A stretch of 62,920 nt of DNA, filler included, from Kipferlia bialata (Eukaryota), in assembly GCA_003568945.1 (NCBI GenBank). It is 2 parts of 2 records of this genome, joined end to end, with 100 filler letters (N's around TTAATTAATTAA, not from the genome) between each part and the next. Parts side by side here need not be neighbours in the genome. Positions count along the whole stretch, not along the records: positions 31,557 to 62,920 come from BDIP01000108.1; 1 more part is not named here. The stretch is one strand, 5' to 3'. Shown one piece after another: positions 59,701 to 62,920 of this stretch. Numbering within the stretch: position 1 is the first letter of the stretch; each line of letters opens with the position of its first letter. The notes beneath the pieces are model-generated. The model saw nothing but the letters and a program-made list of their open reading frames with translations, ran no database searches and was not told where the DNA came from. A program made the translations under genes and the position numbers.

Positions 59701-62700
59701 CTACATGACTGACCCGACAACAATACATATCCCACCAACCTTTGCCGCCTCTGTCTCTCCTTGCAGTGCTCTGGCATCAACAGTAGGGGTCTCGGCAGGG
59801 GCAAGGGTGGAGCCCTTAATGGCAACAGAGACACTGGGCCTCGTAACGCTGCACTTCACAGGGATGCGGGTTGCGAAGCGGGCTGGGCACCCGACTGTCT
59901 CAAACACTAGCTCCCTCTCCTTCTCAGTGTCCCTGGCGTTCTCATCAACGCTCTCGGAAGAACGGAACCTAAGTCAGTGTCAATTGAGTCCAGTATAGGA
60001 GAAACACAGGTGAAATACTTATATATATATATATACACCTGACAGCAAAGGGCACAGTGGAGTGGGCAGGGATGACAAACTCAGTGGGTCCCTCCTCCAG
60101 CTTGCACTTGGCCAGATAGGCCTCCTGCTCCAGCTCCTGCTGCTCCTAAGGTAAGGTACCAGAAACATATATACTATACATACTATATTGTGTACCGTAC
60201 CTCAGCCCCAGGAGTGGGGCCTCTGCTGGTCCTCCCCTTGCCCTTCTTGCCCTTGTCCTGGGACTCTCTCTCTCTCTCCTCCTTTGCCTTGACACTGGTG
60301 GCAAGCACTGCGGCCAGGGTACCCTGCCTGTCCACTGCACCCTCAGCATAAGGTAGGGCACAGGGGAGCAGGGTAGGGGTATCGCGCCTCAGGAGTGTTC
60401 CAAAGCTCACTGGCTTAGTCATTGGTGTCACCTTGGGAGCAGCCTGGGAGGCACTCCTAGAGGACCTTGTGGTGGAGGCCCTCTTGGGGGCCGTGACTGG
60501 AAGCACACTGGAGTCAGTACAGACGGACACACCCATATATACAGATATACAATGACACAGTATAGGAGAAGAGGGTATATACTAACCTCGAGTATCCGGG
60601 TGTCCCTGGGGTGGGAACAACAACATAGTCTACGATCTTGGGCCTCTCGCTCTCCAGCTTCAGTGCCAGCAGGTGCTGTCTGGCACCGTTGAGTTCAGAC
60701 ACCCAGGCAGCAGGGAGGGTGTCGGTGACATCAGCCTCGGCCTCAGCCTCAGACAGTGTGAGGGCAGCAGGGGTCTCGGGGATGGAGGGCATGTTGAGGA
60801 GGGACTCGTCAATCTCCTTGTCCTTGTCGCCCTTCTTGCCACGGGCGGTGGTCTTCTTGCCAGTCTCCTTCTCCTTCTTGCTCTCAAGCTCCTGCTCCGC
60901 TAGATACTCACGCTCAGCAATGGCTCTAAGCCTGGCCTTCACGGCACCAAGAAGCTCGGTGTTCAGGTTCTCCACGCCCTGAAGTAGTGACGCCTGGTGT
61001 CAGTGGAACACTCATGGCCAGATATTTGTGCATAGAGTTGTATACAACATACCTTGTCTGACACAATGGCATTGATCCGCTTCCCAAGAGTGTCCAGAAC
61101 CACGCTCCTCTCTGCCTCTCTGCCAAGAGACAGGGTGGTGGCACCGACAGCAGACGAAGGGCGAGAAGCGCCAGTGCCCTCGGCAACGCTGGCCTCCCTC
61201 TCCCTCTCCTCCTTCTCGGCCTCCTGCTGCTGGCTCTCGCTCTCTCTCTGTAGAGCGCGCTGGGCAACAGAAACAACCTGTGGGTAGTAGGAGGGTAGTA
61301 TGAATCTATCAGAGTAGATATGTCTTGGAGTGGTAGACACCAACCTTGTTGAGGGATCTCAGCCTCTGCTTCAGCTGGGCTGTCTCCAACTTGTGTCTGA
61401 GACGACCCTGTACAATGCGTTCCTGCTCAGCCTCACTGAAGGTCAGATATATATAAATATATATACATATATATTTTGATAGATCGGGGAGGAGAAGGGT
61501 GTTGCGTAGAGAACATGTCACGAACCTCAGCCTTGCAAAAGCATCCTCGTCCTCCAGAGTAGCACACCTCTCCCTCTCTCTCTCCTCGGCCATAGTGGCA
61601 AGGGAGAGAGACACGGCATCAGCCTCTGCCTGGGCAATGGCCAGGGCGTTCTCTCTAGGTGTAAGACGGAGTACATGGAATATATGGATACTACACTAGC
61701 ACGAATAATAGTATAGAGTACCTGCACTCGGCTGGGGCAACAGGCACCGACAGAACACAGAGCCTGTACTCTGGGTGCACACTGGTGCACTGGTTCTGGG
61801 CCTCTCTCTCTCTCTCCCCAGCGGTGAGGAACTCTCCCTCGATCATCTTGTCGGCCTCTGGGGTGGCGTCGCTGTTGTCACGCTTGTACACCAGGGACAG
61901 AGCCCCAGACAGGGCAGACAGGGTGGCGGAGGGAGAGGGCAGGATGCCAGTGTCGGACAGCCCAACAAGGACAAAGCCTTCACTGAGCTCCTGGGATGAG
62001 AAATGAACAGACAAATAGAAGGAGTAGGCTGAGTATATCAACACATGAAGAGCACCAACCTCTACCCGCTTGGAAAGGGCCTCAGTCATAACTCTCGTCA
62101 CTGCCTCGAGGAATACTGAGGTCAGAGAGATATGACACCACCACTCACTTAATCAGACGCAGCTGTGACTATACATATATATGAGTCAACACACCTGCTG
62201 ACAGGTATGGGTTGGGCTGTGGGATGTTCTCAGCAGGCTCTCCCTTGGCAGGGCCCTTCTTGGATCCAGCCTACGGTGAGGAGATATCAGTGTAAGAATG
62301 TACCAGGGGCATCAACGGTGAATATATCTAATAGTTTATATAAGTATGTACCTTCCCGGCCTTCTTGGCAGGTGCATCTGCCTGCTGGGCCCTCTCCTCA
62401 GGGCTGAGGTATGTGTACTTGTTGGCCTTCCACAGAGCATGCTCAGAGGCATACTCCTAGGATCAGAAGAGGAGAGTCACGACAAGAGTTTGAATATGTA
62501 AATGAAGAGGTAGGACACACCTTAATCTCTGGACTAGCCGAGAGGAGGTCCTCAGGGACAACATCAGTCAGGGGTAGGAGGGGGAGTCCGAGAGATGTGG
62601 AGAGGGTCTCTGCCCTCTCTGCTACACCACTCAGAGGGGGGCCAGACACAGCCACAACCTGAGGATGAGGGCTGTACAGGGTATACAGTAGTACTGCAAT

Positions 62701-62866
62701 AAAATAAGATAGGGGAACGTACCACGGGGATCAGCTCTGGGACGGCCTCCTCCTCCTCCTCCTCCTCGGTCTCCTCACCCTCCTCTCTCTCAGTCTCGTC
62801 TCCACGGTGGGTCTCTGCACCAAGCTGGGAGGAAGACAGCACGTTGACGCGCTCTGCCTCCTTGAG

Positions 62867-62920
<54 letters not shown>
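46727..62920 (-). CDS. HYDIN: Hydin (axonemal central-pair protein), 3' portion; 5'-partial, many exons
   Basis: Many ASH/ASPM-SPD2-Hydin Ig-like exons (e.g. VSFGSVVMGAEVTRFIELANTGDV, FSVSPATLELGPEESAYVDLSFKP, FIVSPQRGVSFGPL...FEIINTGRFPF). An adenylate-kinase-like segment VAVSGPPLSG lies at ~62560-62657. The Hydin-type C-terminus is GAYTVPLSAVCTNPEPRGPITV...HTWTYYLRGSE*. Confidence 0.9.
53439..53485 (-). repeat. 11-mer tandem repeat x4 at an intron 3' end (amplified branch-point/acceptor unit; contains TTAGGG)
   Basis: The minus strand reads gtccctaaccagtccctaaccagtccctaacgagtccctaacgagtcag|GCT. Confidence 0.85.
62869..62920 (+). repeat. (GA)n microsatellite in a Hydin intron
   Basis: Pure GA run to the window end. 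Confidence 0.95.

Overview
Intron-rich eukaryotic genomic DNA, not prokaryotic. It shows short GT-AG introns full of (TA)n/(CT)n tracts, a branch point fused to the 3' splice site, and the standard genetic code. The style strongly suggests a fornicate/metamonad protist such as Kipferlia bialata, which is an inference. Most ORF-track entries are exon fragments or shadow ORFs, so the gene models below were spliced by hand. The window is two contigs joined by an artificial N-TTAATTAATTAA-N spacer at 31457-31556. Left contig, in order: (1) three paralogous DLG-type Ser/Thr kinases, two of them a head-to-head kinase + unfamiliar repeat + LRR pair with one copy disrupted in its N-lobe; (2) a ~12.7 kb RNF213/mysterin-like AAA+ E3 ligase with a variant RZ finger; (3) a kelch-like gene; (4) a six-exon gene of the phage/bacterial/fungal 'MGTRG...DSYP..LG...EWAYIIN.D' family, not represented in the ORF track; (5) a kinesin fragment. 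Together these look like a candidate cell-autonomous defence cluster. Right contig, in order: a CH-domain coiled-coil gene, a small ciliary-type coiled-coil gene, a tandem pair of fast-evolving ~120 aa genes (one with a perfect 25 bp fold-back insertion), a possible divergent STN1/RPA2-like gene, a possible retroelement relic, and the 3' part of Hydin. Across the window, introns repeatedly carry near-exact copies of the adjacent exon-intron junction.
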